In this document: piece by piece, positions 48,845 to 60,796 of the stretch
Numbering within the stretch: the stretch's first letter is position 1
Layout of the letters: each line of letters opens with the position of its first letter
Source of the DNA: Somniosus microcephalus
Taxonomy: Eukaryota
Length of the DNA: 64,000 nucleotides
Assembly (NCBI GenBank): GCA_052327205.1
Contig: CM126205.1
Coordinates: 245,644,001 to 245,708,000, forward strand
Direction: 5' to 3'
Notes under the pieces: generated by a model
What the model was told of the DNA's origin: nothing
The model's input: the letters and a program-made list of their open reading frames with translations, nothing else
The model's database searches: none
Program-made: the position numbers and the translations under genes

Positions 48845-48886
48845 GCAAAACCTTCCACTATAGAAGTATTAGAAAAAATTGACAAG
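48845..48886 (+). CDS. lnpk: Lunapark second coding exon (42 nt), AKPSTIEVLEKIDK
   Basis: Corresponds to LNPK TKPSTVEVLESIDK; long polypyrimidine tract, gcag| acceptor and |gtat donor; phase 0-0. Confidence 0.92.
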
Positions 48887-49449
48887 GTATCATTTTTCTT
48901 CAATATTACATTTTTAAAAATAGTTTAGTCAATTATTTTATTTTGGTTTTAAATGCTACTGTATTTGCAACTCTAATATTTCATTCCCAGGATTGTTTCT
49001 AATTTAAGATTTCACCACAACTGCAGGCCACCTATCAAAGTAAGTATTATGCCACAATTTTGCTCTGAGTGGCTATATCAGGGCCGCAGATGACGCCCGG
49101 CCCCACCACGGGGGTGACACCTATTCAATGCATTTCTAATACGTAGGCAATTTTATAGGTTGTGAGTTTAAATATTTTTTGCAGATTATTTAAGCTTTTA
49201 CCTGTTTTTTAAGTTTGCACCTGTTTATGGTTGGATGTTTAAAGAAGTGAGATGCTGGCAAAAGGATTTCCAAACATATTTTTGAATCACTTTTCATTGG
49301 TTCTCTGTTTTCCTAGATTTATTATTAGCTCTGTTTGATTCTAGATTGGTAGTTTTTGAACCTACTTGGTACTACTTGAAAGTTTCTGTTACCAATTGAT
49401 TATTGTTCATTGATAGATTTCCCAACTGTTCATAGATTTACATACAGTT

Positions 49450-49543
49450 ATATAGAATGTGAAGCATAGAAACAGGCCATTTGGCCCAACTGGTCCATGC
49501 TGGTATTCATGCTCCACACGAGCCTCCTCCCGTCATACTTCAT
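49450..49543 (-). mobile_element. CR1-type LINE extreme 3' fragment
   Basis: catagaaacaggccatttggcccaactggtccatgctgg tail signature. Confidence 0.6.
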
Positions 49544-50868
49544 GAAATTTTACTGAAGTATCAAAAAATGGTGGCAATGTGGGACTTTTAAACATGCAAA
49601 CTGGGAGAATGTAATTTGTTTAGCATAAGTGAGATTAAAAATATCAGCCAATCGCAATGTACCAGCAATAATGAGCATTTGCACTTCCAAAGCAGTTAAC
49701 GAGCCACTGGATCACTATGAAGCTACAAAACTTTAAGAAACATGAAGGCCTGAAGTGGAACTACAATTGTCAAAGGCACATTATTAGTTGTAATTTGCTG
49801 GTGAAAATGGTTTTGAATTCATCTCGTGCAAGTGTGACATTATAGTTTCAACTGCGATGGTGTAACACTTTGAGATGGGATGGATGTGCGCTAGATGTAA
49901 GATTTTTTAACTATACTACTGGTTCTCCCATAACCTTGCTTACAGTAAGTAAGAGGATGAGTTGTTGTATAAAGACGGGTGTTAAACCATATAACGTACA
50001 ATGTATTACTCTGCTGCTAAAGTGTAGTTGTCTACATCTTGACGTGTCCCTTTCAGCTGAAAATGCAGTGCTCTGCTCAACTTAGTTAGAGGCTGATTCT
50101 CATGTAAAGGTCAGACTTCCTTGTTTTGTAATACTTTTATATTGAAAAAGTGTGACTCCTGAAGTCAGTTGAAAGATAGTTTCTGTTGAGAATGATTAGC
50201 TTTCTTTTTAAAGTATATAGAAATTTGCATGTGTGATACCTGGAGTGCGACAAAGCATTTCAAAATTAATAAATAATCTCCTTGTGGATCTCATTGTGAA
50301 TTTCTCATGGTGATGAGGATCCGTACTTAATTTGTATCTTTTTCGAAGCACAGAATCCACAGCAGGTTGGTAGGAAAGATACAGCAGGTATGATATAGAT
50401 AATTGATGTTTGGAAGCACAGGGCAAGAGTGAGGTCATGGAGTTTAGCAAACCTGGGATGTGGGGGGTGGTTGGGGTTTGGACTATGCTATCAATGGGGT
50501 GTGAGGTAGTTGCAAAGTTGGGCAGAAATAGGTGGGGTGTCCCTTGGGTTTGGCAAGACTGGTGGAGGGCCTTGGGTTTTGCAGCATGTGGAATGGTCTT
50601 AGAGTTGAGTAGCATGGGCGGCAAGGGAGGGTGCTGGGGTTTGGTAGCACCAAAGCTTTTGGTGCTGAAGTTTGACAGCAGTGTGTGAAAGTCCCAGAGC
50701 CTTGCAGAATTGGGGTGGGGATCTGTTTTTTTGATAGCACGGAGGAGGGTTCCTGAGATTTGGAATGGCTCACGAGAAGTCCTGGAGTTTGCAGCACTGA
50801 GGGGAGTGTCTGGTTTTCAAAAGAACTGGGAGTTGGAATGTGAAGTTTGGCTCACTTGGGGGTTCCTT

Positions 50869-51208
50869 GGGTCTCGCAGCACTAGGTACATTGTGGAGTG
50901 TGAATCTCTGGGTCTGCCAGCACTAGGTACATTGTGGAGTGAAAATCTCTGGGTCTGGCAGCACTAGGTACATTGTGGAGTGTGAATCTCTGGGTCTGGC
51001 AGCACTAGGTACATTGTGGAGTGTGAATCTCTGGGTCTGGCAGCACTAGGTACATTGTGGAGTGTGAATCTCTGGGTCTGGCAGCACTAGGTACATTGTG
51101 GAGTGTGCATCTCTGGGTCTGGCAGCACAAGGTACATTGTGGAGTGTGAATCTCTGGGTCTGGCAGCACTAGATACATTGTGGAGTGAAAATCTCTGGGT
51201 CTGGCAGC
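50869..51208. repeat. 41-bp minisatellite, ~8.3 copies (GGCAGCACTAGGTACATTGTGGAGTGTGAATCTCTGGGTCT)
   Basis: Anchor cactaggtacattg (or 1-nt variant) recurs at 50880, 50921, 50962, 51003, 51044, 51085, 51126 and 51167. Confidence 0.95.
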
Positions 51209-51879
51209 TCTTCCACAAAAGGTCTCTATCTCTGCATCTCTCTCGTACCAACTTACCCCTGGTGTGCTCGCACAACCAGCTGCTGCCAAAACCATATCCC
51301 CTCCCTGGTATAATCTTCCCACTCTCTCCGGTCTCCCTTTGTTCCATACTACTCGCTGGTGCAAGCTACTCCTAGATGGGTGGGCAGCAGGCACTAGGTA
51401 ACGGTGAATGGTGAGGGAAGTGTAATGGTGGTGGCAGCAGATGCAACTGACACTGAGGCTCTGGCAATGGTAGGTTGAGAAGGAAAATCAGTAGTGAGTG
51501 AGTAAATGAGATGTGTGTGGGGATGTCTGACAGTATTTTGGGGATTCAGGGCAGTAGAGGCTATCTGTTTCATGCCTGCTGCCCAACACCACTACTTGCC
51601 CCATATCTCCCCTTCCCTTCTCTGTCATCTGTTGTCCCACTCCCCAGTCATGCTCATCTGAACCTCCGTTACCCAACACTGATGAAAACCAACTTGCTCG
51701 TCAAAGAACTTATTGTGCTTTATAGTGTATTTGCCAACTGTGTACAATAGACTTTTAGTTCACAGCTTAGTGCTGGGAGACTAGCAGAGGCGTAAGGAAG
51801 GCTTTGCATCATACCAAGACTCTATCATTTAGAAGGGGTCAGTGGCAATAATGACTGACAAAAATAGGCGGGGCTGGGG

Positions 51880-54715
51880 ATATGGTAGTGTAGTAGTTAA
51901 GAGTACTGGATTTCCACCGTAGGTAGTGGTCATCAGTTTAACCCACCAAGGTGAGTAATAAAATTGAATTTAATAACTCTTATAACTTATGGGCTAGCAG
52001 CAGAAAAATATTCATGAAAGCTGCTACATTGTCTTAAAAACCTACCTCATTCAGAAATGTCTTTCAGGCCCACTGAAGTGGTCTAGCAAGCCATTCAGTT
52101 GTAAAACAGTCACTACAATGTTCAAAAATCAAATGAACCTACTGGCTATGACTTGGGTATTGAATTTGGGCCAGAATTAGATAAACTCAGCCCAGTGGAC
52201 GGTGCAGAATCATCCTTACTAGTATCTGGGGACTGATACTCAAGTTGGGAGAACTGTCCAATAAATTTGTCAAGTGACCGCCTGTCATAGTCATGCTCAT
52301 AGAATCCTATTTATCAGCTAATATCCCAAACTCCTCCACATCCCGAGATAGGTCCTGTCCCATCATCGGGATAGACCCACCAGAGATGGGGGCACAGTGG
52401 CATGCAGTCGGGTGGGAGTGGTCCTCTGAGTCCTTAACATTGACACGGGCTCCACACAATCTCATGGCTTCAGGTGAAACAAGGTCAAGGTAACCTACTG
52501 ATTATCACCTAATTCCAGCCCCCACCACCCAACTGATGAAGCATTGCTCCTTGATTTTGAACATTACTTTGAAGAAACTCCGCAGTGTCATCACTGATGG
52601 AACTGGTTGAGTCCTGAAGGATATACTGCCAGACTGAACTGGTGTCAGATGGTGAAGGAACCAGCAGTGGGAAATAACCACCTCATCCTCGCCAATCTAC
52701 CTGCAGCGAATATTTCTACCTACGGTAGTGTGGGTAGGGGTGACCAATGCACATTCTTTGTGAAGACAAAGTCTCGTCTCCTTACGGAGAACATCCTCCA
52801 TTGTGTACTGTGGCACTACCATCATGCAAAGTTATGCAGACGAAGGACAGATCTACCATCTCTAAGACATTGGGCTATACCAGCAGAATTATATACTACC
52901 ACAATCTGTGACCTCATGGCCTGGCACATCTCACTCCTCGATAGCCATCAACCTGGCAGATCAACTCTGGTTCCGTGTGAAGTGTAGAAGGGCATACCTT
53001 AGAATGAGGTACCAACCTAGTGAAGCTACCTGTATTATGAAACACAGTGGGCTATCGACAGAGCTGAACATACCCCAGTCAACAGATCAGAGCAAAAAAC
53101 TCTGTCGCTTGCAATCCAGAATGGTGGTGGACAGCCAGGCAACTAACAGAAGAAAAAGACTCCATGAACATCCCCATTCTCAACCATGGTGCAGTTCAAT
53201 AGGTGAGTGCAAGAGATACGGCTGAGGTGTCTACAGGTGTCTTCAGCCAAAAGGATCGTGCTTGCAAAACTACTCTGCCACCTCCTAAAGTTGGCGATAA
53301 CTGTGTCCAACAAATTCAGTTAATTCCATGTGACGTTAAACAGTAGCTTAATGCAGTGGACACAGGGAAGGCTATGGGCCCTTGCAACATAACTGTTTTG
53401 GCGCTGTAGACCTATGCCTCAGACTTAACTACTGGAACAACTTGACTAGGGGAACAGCCATGCCACTGGCATCTGCCAGTCAATAGATTGTCCAGTTATG
53501 TCCTATTCACAAAGGAAAAGATAGATCTAACCTGGCCAATTACTGCCTCATCAATCATAAGTACGGCAGCACGGTGGCATAGTGGTTAGCACTGTTGCCT
53601 CACAGCGCCAGGGACCCGGGTTCAAATCCGGCCTCGGGTGACTGTCTGTGTGGAGTTTGCACATTCTCCCCGTGTTTGCGTGGGTTTCCTCCGGGTGCTC
53701 CGGTTTCCTCCCACAGTCCAAAGATGTGCGGGTTAGGTTGATTGGCCATGATAAAAAAAAAAAAAAATTGGCCCTTCGTGTTAGGGGGGATTAAATACGT
53801 GGGGTTATGGGGATCGGGCTTGGGTGGGATGACTGTCGGTGTAGGGACCGGGTGCTAGGGTTTGGATGATCAGCCATGATCTCGTTGAATGGCGGAGCAG
53901 GCTCGAAGGGCCGAATGGCCTACTCCTGCTCCTAGTTTTTATGTTTCTAAGTAAGTGTTGGAAGAAGGCATCAATAGTGCCATCAAGCAACGCCTCACTG
54001 ATGCTCAGTTAAGGTTCCACCAGATTCACTCTGCTCCGGACCTCATCACAGCCTTGATCCAGACTAAATGCATAAGCTGAGTTCTAGAGGAGAGATAAGA
54101 GTAGCTAGCCTCTACACCAAGGCAGTATTTGACAGAGTGTGGCAGCAAGGAGTCCTCGCAAAAGTGAAGCTAGTTGGGACAAAAGAAAAACCCCTCCAGG
54201 GGTTGGAGTCATACTTGTGACTCAGGAAGATGGTTGAGCTTGTCGGAGGTTAATCATTGCAGCACCAGGAAATTGGTGAATAAGTTCCTCGGAAGCGTCC
54301 TTGGTCCAACCTTCGGATGCTTCATCAATGACCTTCCCTCCATCATAAGGCCAGGCGTGAGGATGTTTGCTCAAGATTCTAGTGTTCAGCTCCATTCACA
54401 ACCCCTCTGATAATGAAGCAACTCATGCCAACCTACAGCAAGATTTGACGACATCCAGGCTTGGGCTGACGAGTGGCAGGTACCATGCATGCCATGTAAG
54501 TGCCAACAAGAGAAAACGTAACCACACCGCTGACCTTCAACGGTACCACCATTGCTATCTCCCACGATCAACATCTTGTGCAGACCATTGACCAGAAGCA
54601 TAACTGGACCAGCCATACCAATATTGGCTACAAAAGCAAAGGCTGGGTACTCTATGATGAGTAGCTCACCACCTGACTCATCAAAGTCTCCCCACCATCT
54701 ACAAAGCTCAAGACC
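51880..54715 (+). mobile_element. Long, heavily decayed LINE (APE endonuclease to RT) with tRNA-like 5' head; interrupted by a SINE
   Basis: PVIVMLIESYL APE-like motif near 52280; GSVLGPTFGCFINDLPSII near 54290; homologous to the 38470 and 42632 copies. Confidence 0.75.
53564..53947 (+). mobile_element. HE1-type V-SINE (tRNA-derived head, V-domain, CR1/HER1 tail)
   Basis: A box TGGCATAGTGG and B box GGTTCAAATCC; V-domain gtgtggagtttgcacattctccccgtg...cggtttcctcccacagtccaaaga; tail gaagggccgaatggcctactcctgctcc; TSD TAAGTA (53558-53563 / 53948-53953). Confidence 0.9.
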
Positions 54716-56414
54716 AGTGTCATTTTAAACCTTTCCCTTTCCCACAGGAACAACTTCATTTACCTACTAGATGTCCCTGATGTATAGGGCTGCACCGCCT
54801 CCTTTTCTGTCGACTTGTATTTTTGGAACATTCTGTACCCTTGAATTTCCATCCTCCAGGTTTACCCATGTTTCTGTGATTGCCACCATAGCCTCCAGTT
54901 TGGGCATTTTAATGTTTCCAGCACTCCTGTAGATGCCTCCTATTCATGTTTCCTAACCTCTGCCAATTCCTGGTTTTTGGTGCTTGTATGTCATTCAAAG
55001 TATTCTTGTCCATACCCACCTGTTGAATACCCTGTGATCTGTCTTATCTGGGATTCAGTTTCCTACCCACCCTCTCTTCCCCTCCCCAGCCTATCTAGTT
55101 TAAATATTTCTCAATTGGTGCCTCACTGTTCTTTGTAAATCTTTGTTCCTACTTGATTTAGGTACAGCCCATCTCCTCTGTACCAGTCATTTTTATTCTG
55201 AAAGTGTACCCAGTTATTTATGATAGCTGTTGGTTATGAACCAGGCTGCCAGCTACTCATTTACATCTTCAGTTTTCTTACTGAACTTTCCTTTGTTCCC
55301 AACCACTGAGTATACTGGAGAACATTACTTTGCATCTCCAATTTGAGTTTAGAGGCACTCCTTGCATGTGTGACTTAAGGTTCCAATATTTTTTCCCAAT
55401 ATCGTTGTCATATTTCAGGGTTTTTTCACCATTCCTCCATAAAGGATTGGGGGGAAATAATTTAAAATGTTGAGTTCACAGCAATTTGTATTCACAAGTT
55501 TGTTTTTAAAAAAGGTACTGAGATTATAGGTGGATAAATGCAAATGAGCTAAGCTTCCATATTTTATCCTCGTACACTAAATAATTTATTTAGCTTGTCT
55601 CAGCAATCGATAAGCACCTCACACCCATTGTGTTGGGAAGTTTCTAGTCCTATGTGCTCGGCAAATTGGTCTGGAAGGCTTTCCCTTGAACAGAGTGAGC
55701 TAAAAAAAAAAAGACAAAGCTGCAAGGGCAAGCTTTGGCCAGGCTCAGAAGTTTAGCTTGCAGGAGGGTAGTTAGGAGTTACTTTGTTTAAGTCAAGTAA
55801 CTGGAGATAAAGTTGGGTTGCAGAAAGTTCTGATATTTATTACAGTAGCAGAGAATGACATTTACCAGGCATAAAAGTGGCTGCTTTTTAATTGTCACAG
55901 GTCATAAATTGAGGTGGAGCATTTCCAGACCCTGGGAAATATTGGGAGGAAAGCCCAAGTAAACACCGCTAACCTAGTGGAACTCTAGATCCAGGCTCCA
56001 GAGAAACTAGAAAAGCCTGCATAGGTAAACTTGTTAGGAATTCCTAAAATAAATTGGGTTTATGGCTATAGCTTTTGTGGTCAGTGGCTTGAAAAATAAT
56101 ATGGCCACCAAATGGGAGAAATTGGTTTTGTGGTACTTGCTGGTTTGTGAATAGTGTGATTTGGCTGGCTTAGAGGTTACTGGAAATAGATATTTAGCTT
56201 TTCTAGTGAATTGAACTGGTTTTTGATTAGTGCACACTCAAGTCAATTGATATTGATATTTGAATTGCTTAGCATTGTTAATATAGTATTTAACATTGAA
56301 TATTTGAGACAATTGTAATTTTGTTTTGCCTGTGATTGTTTGAGAGGTGTGCTGGTATAGAAGTGTGCTAATTGTTGGGCTCGTTTATATAAAAAAAAAA
56401 AAAAAATTGAGACC

Positions 56415-58450
56415 AACAACTACTTGCATTTATGTAGCCTCTTTAACATCCCAAGGTGTTTCACAGGAGCATAATCACCCATAAATTGACACCGAGCCAA
56501 AGAAGGAACTATTGGGATGGGTGACTAAAAGCGTGGTTGAAGAGGTAGATTTTAAAGAGGATCTTGAAGGAAGAGTGCGAGGTGGAGAAGTTGAGGGAGG
56601 AAATTGTAGAGCATGGGGCCTAAATGGCTGAAGGCAGGGCCTCCAAAGGTGGGGCGAAGGGTGGGGTGGGGGGGGGGGTGGGTGGTGGATGCACAACAGG
56701 TTGGAGTTGGTAGATGGTTGTAGGGCTGGAGGACATCAGAAATGGGGAGGGGCGAGGGCAAGTAGGACTAGATGCAGGTTAGGATATGGATGCAGAGTTT
56801 TGGATGAGCTCAAGTTTATGGCGGGTGGAAAATGAGACACCAGCCAGGACAGCATTAGAGTTAGTTGAGTCTGGAGGTAACGAAAGCATGGATTAGGGTT
56901 TCAGCAGCAGTTCTGCTGAGGCGGGGCAGAGAAGGACAACATTACGGTGGTGGAAGTAACCGGTCTTTGTGATAGAGCGGCTATGGGGTCGGAAGCTCCG
57001 CTCCGGGTCCAATAGGACGCTGAGGTTGTGAACAATTGTGTTCAGCCCTAGTCTGTGGCCAGGGAGGGTAGATGGAATCGGTGGTGAGGGAACAGAGTTT
57101 TTGGCGGGGGCCTGAAGACAATGGCTTTGGTCTTTCCAATGTTTAATTGGTGGAAATTGCGGCTCATGCAGGACTGAAAGTTGGACAAGCTATCTGACAA
57201 TAGAGAGGCAGTGGAGGGATTGAGAGGGGTGGTGGTGAGGTTGAGCTGGATGTCGTCAGCATACATGTGGAACATGATGTAATTTCTTCAGATGTTGCTG
57301 GGGGGTCAGCTTGTAGATGACTACTAGGAGCGGACCAATAATAGATCTTTGGGGACTCCAGAGTTAGCGGCAAGGGCAGGAAGAGGCGCCATTGAAGGCG
57401 ATTCTCTGGTTACGACTGGGTAGGAAAAAGTGGAACCAGGTAAGGGCAGTCCTCAGATGGACAGCAGAGGAGAAGAGTTGGAGGAGGATGGTGTGGTTAA
57501 CTGTGCGAGAGGCTACAGAGGCCTAGAAGGATGAGGAGGAGTGGTGCACCACAGTTAGAGGTTGTAATTTTTGACTTTGATTAGGGCAGTTTCAGCATTG
57601 CAGCAGGGACAGAAAGCTGATTGTAGAGGTCCAGACATGGAGTTGTTGAAAAGATGGGCATGAATTTGGGAGGCAATAACATGTTCAATGACTTTGGAGA
57701 GGAAAGGGATGTTAGAGATGAGTTGGTAGTTTGTAAGGACAGTATGGTCAACGTTGGGTTTTTTGAGAGGAGATGATGATTGTAGATTTGAAGGGAGGGG
57801 ACAGTACCTGAGGAGAGGGAATCATTTACAGTACCAGCTAGCATGCAAGACCTGAAGGGAAGTTAGGTGGTCAGCAGTTTAGTGTGAATAGGGTCAAGCG
57901 AGTTCTTGGACAAACATAGAAACATAGAAGATAGGAGCAGGAGTAGGCCATTCGGCCCCTCGAGCCGGCTCCGCCATTCAATGCGATCATGGCTGATCAT
58001 CCAAATTCAGTACCCTGTCCCTGCTTTCTCCCCATATCCCTTGATCCCTTTAGCCTTAAGAAATATATCCAACTCCTCCTTAAAAGGTGAGCTCGGGGAG
58101 GGCATGTGGAGAGATGGGAAAGAAACTAGAGAATGATGCATGTTTGGGGCTCGGGCAAGCGGGAACCTTGATGGAAGCTTGGTTTGGTGGGCAAAGGGAA
58201 GGAAGGGATGCGGCAACGTCAGCTGAATGGATGGTCTCAATCATAGTGACAAAAAAGTCCATGAGCTGTTTACACAAGGTGGGGGAGGCAGGAGAGAGGG
58301 GTTTAAGGAGACTGTTGGTAGTGGAGAAAATAAGCTGGTGTTTATCGTTGCATTCCAGGATATTCCTGGAGTAGTGAGCAGCTTTGGCAGAGGGGAGCAG
58401 GGCTCAGTAGTGCTTGATGTGGTCCTGCCAGATCTGGCGATGAATGACTA
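56415..58450 (-). mobile_element. L2-clade LINE, decayed ~2 kb 3' portion
   Basis: FHMYADDIQL RT motif, NFHQLNIGKTKAIVF, FGGPAFSHLGPML and L2 tail at ~56415. Confidence 0.85.
57914..58083 (-). mobile_element. CR1/HER1 3' end nested in the L2 element
   Basis: (catagaaa)2 tail repeat plus ggagcaggagtaggccattcggccc; FKEELDIFLKAKGIKGYG C-terminus. Confidence 0.85.
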
Positions 58451-59596
58451 AAGCAATTGTGCACTATATACATTCAAGGCTGCACCCCTTGGACTTGATA
58501 TATAGACAGTTCAGTACAGTTTGCCCTTGACACCTTTCCCAAAGAGAAGTAATTCAAGGCCTAACCAGAAAATAAGACAAATACCCAGTTTAAAAAAAAA
58601 TATATATACAATGATTTTTTTCTCTTGTTTGTCGTCTTCTTGCATTTCTCCTCTTCCCGCCCCCCACCCCCGGACATGCCAGTCAGTACTGTAAACAAAG
58701 TAATTACTTGCGACAGTGCAGAGTTCTCTTGGTTAGAAATAAACCTGAACCTTGTTCGATTGCTTTCTCCTGGCAACTTTGCTATGTATTGAAGAAACCA
58801 GTTGGAAATCTCTGCTGCCTTTAATAGTGGGGCAGAAGAGAATAAAGTTGAATAAGAACAAATAGGAAGAAGAGAAAGAACAAGAATAGTAAGGATGTTG
58901 CTACAGAATGAAAGGTGGAAAGTGGAAGAGATTTAAGAGAAGCGTTCCAAAAAGCAAACGGGATTAGAAGGATGAGGTTAAAATAGTGAATTTGCAGCCT
59001 TTCTATAAGTTGAGGCCTATTCGTAATGTCTCCTTCCCCAGATGGTAGGGCAATTTGCATTTGAAGTGTTTTTCTTCTGGAGGGGATACAAAACAATTCA
59101 CTGAATTTGGAATATCTTGTAACAGATAGAAAATAGACTTTTTAGCAACTTCCTTTTAGAGGTGAATAACTATTTTTAATTTAGAAGCATCTCTATTTAC
59201 AGTTGTGTTTTGCTTCATAACAGGATGCATTGAAATATTTTATTATGTTGCCCCATTTCTTTTGTAACTTAGATTCTAATCTGATCAAATCTGTAAGTTT
59301 ATTTTTGAGAAGCAGAATGACTTAACAGTTGTGACCTATAATGTTTTAAGTTTGCATTACCAAATGGTCACACTTCACTGTTCAAAATTCATCTTTTTAT
59401 TAGGAAAATTTCGGGGTGTAGGATGAGCATGGTGGTGCTACTTGTGTGTAGTGGATCATTTCAACACGAACACAGATGTCGATCAGTACCTCAACATATA
59501 ACAGTAGTTTGATCCAGTCGTCTAAAACTAACCTTTGGTGCTTCAAATTATGTAGAATAAAATAGACTGAATTTAATTAATTGCTTTTATTTATAG

Positions 59597-59784
59597 GAAA
59601 TAAATGCATTGGAAGAATTCAAGGAAAAGAATCAGAGACTGCAGAAGATCTGGGTTGGAAGACTGGTTCTCTATTCATCCACTCTTTATATCATAACCTT
59701 TATAATTGTGTACTTGTGGTGTTTTCCGGAAGAATGGACTGCACGACTAACCTTGGCACTCCCAGGGTTTTTATTTCCTTTACT
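59597..59784 (+). CDS. lnpk: Lunapark third coding exon (188 nt): coiled coil, TM1 and start of TM2; gene continues beyond the window
   Basis: EINALEEFKEKNQRLQKIWVGRLVLYSSTLYIITFIIVYLWCFPEEWTARLTLALPGFLFPL corresponds to LNPK EIQALEEFREKNQRLQKLWVGRL; acceptor tttatag|, donor |gtaagt. Confidence 0.95.
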
Positions 59785-60399
59785 GTAAGTAATCATGTTA
59801 TTGCTAGTTCGGATCACTTTGGAAAAAAGACATCTTGATGGTCCATTTTTGTTTTTATTGGTGCAACTTAAAAAGATTTATAGTTAGCAAGGAAGATTAT
59901 ACTATGCTAATACTGAAGCCCACATAAGTGAATACCTAATAATTGAAGACCTCACTTAAGTGAATTAAATTATAGTTAAAAAAATCTTTTTAAGATTCTC
60001 TCTTCCAGATTGTGTGAATTGCATAGCCCATTTAAGTGAATTAAAATATTACCATCTGCAGCTGAGCTGAACCATCAACAGTTATCTATAGTCCCTTTGA
60101 AATGATAGTGTGGCCTAGTAAAGGTCATTTAAGCTAATTACATAGGAATGTATAACACCATAAAGACTATTGCATTCCATTTGGACAATCCCAACCTTTA
60201 AAAAATACATTACTGTAATCTATCTCTCATACTGCCTTCTGGTATCATTTGTTAAAAAACTCTCCCACTCCCAATTGAATTTACTGATAGTTTTCACCTC
60301 CACTGTTTTCTTGATTATTTATGCCACACATTCACCAACATCTATGTGAATAGTTAAATGTGAACTATCTGTCATTCTCCTGAACTTGAGGTTATGGTT

Positions 60400-60545
60400 G
60401 TGCCAAACCAGTTTAGGTTCTGCCAGGACCACTCTGCTCCAGGCCCCATTACAGCCTTTGTCCAAGTGTGGACAAAAGAGCTGAATTACAGAAGTGAAGT
60501 GAGGGTGACTGCCCTGGACATCAAGGCAACATTTGACTGAGTATG
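60400..60545 (+). mobile_element. LINE RT fragment cut by the Gypsy insertion
   Basis: Homologous to ~54000-54140 (ALDIKATFD motif); stops abruptly at the LTR start. Confidence 0.65.
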
Positions 60546-60796
60546 TGTGGTAAACCACTGTTATTGTTGTTCACCGTTGTTGTTGCACACTGTTGTACCT
60601 ATGCATGCCTCAGCATGTCTCTGCTGGCTCCGCCCCTGGCTCCACCCACAGGCCCAGGTATAAAGGTGACTGCTCTGCAGCCCCCTGCCTTCTTGGAACC
60701 CAGTCAACCACGAGAGGCATGCTCTGTTCTTTGCTAATAAAAGCCTTTGTTACTCTCCTAACTCTCTGTCTTTTATGAGTAATTGATAGCGCATCA
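60546..60796 (+). repeat. 5' LTR of the Gypsy element (~251 bp, TG...CA)
   Basis: Begins TGTGG where the host LINE breaks off; TATAAA 60659-60664; AATAAA 60736-60741; ends gcatCA about 20 nt before the gag ATG. The 3' LTR is outside the window, so boundaries are inferred. Confidence 0.65.

Noticed and set aside
50869-51208. Regularly spaced repeats resembling a CRISPR array, with several overlapping ORFs
   Set aside because: Units are contiguous with no unique spacers, there are no cas genes and the context is a vertebrate intron; the ORFs are by-products of the 41-bp period.
53564-53640. tRNA-like sequence with A and B boxes
   Set aside because: It is the head of a TSD-flanked SINE continuing into a V-domain and LINE tail, not a tRNA gene.
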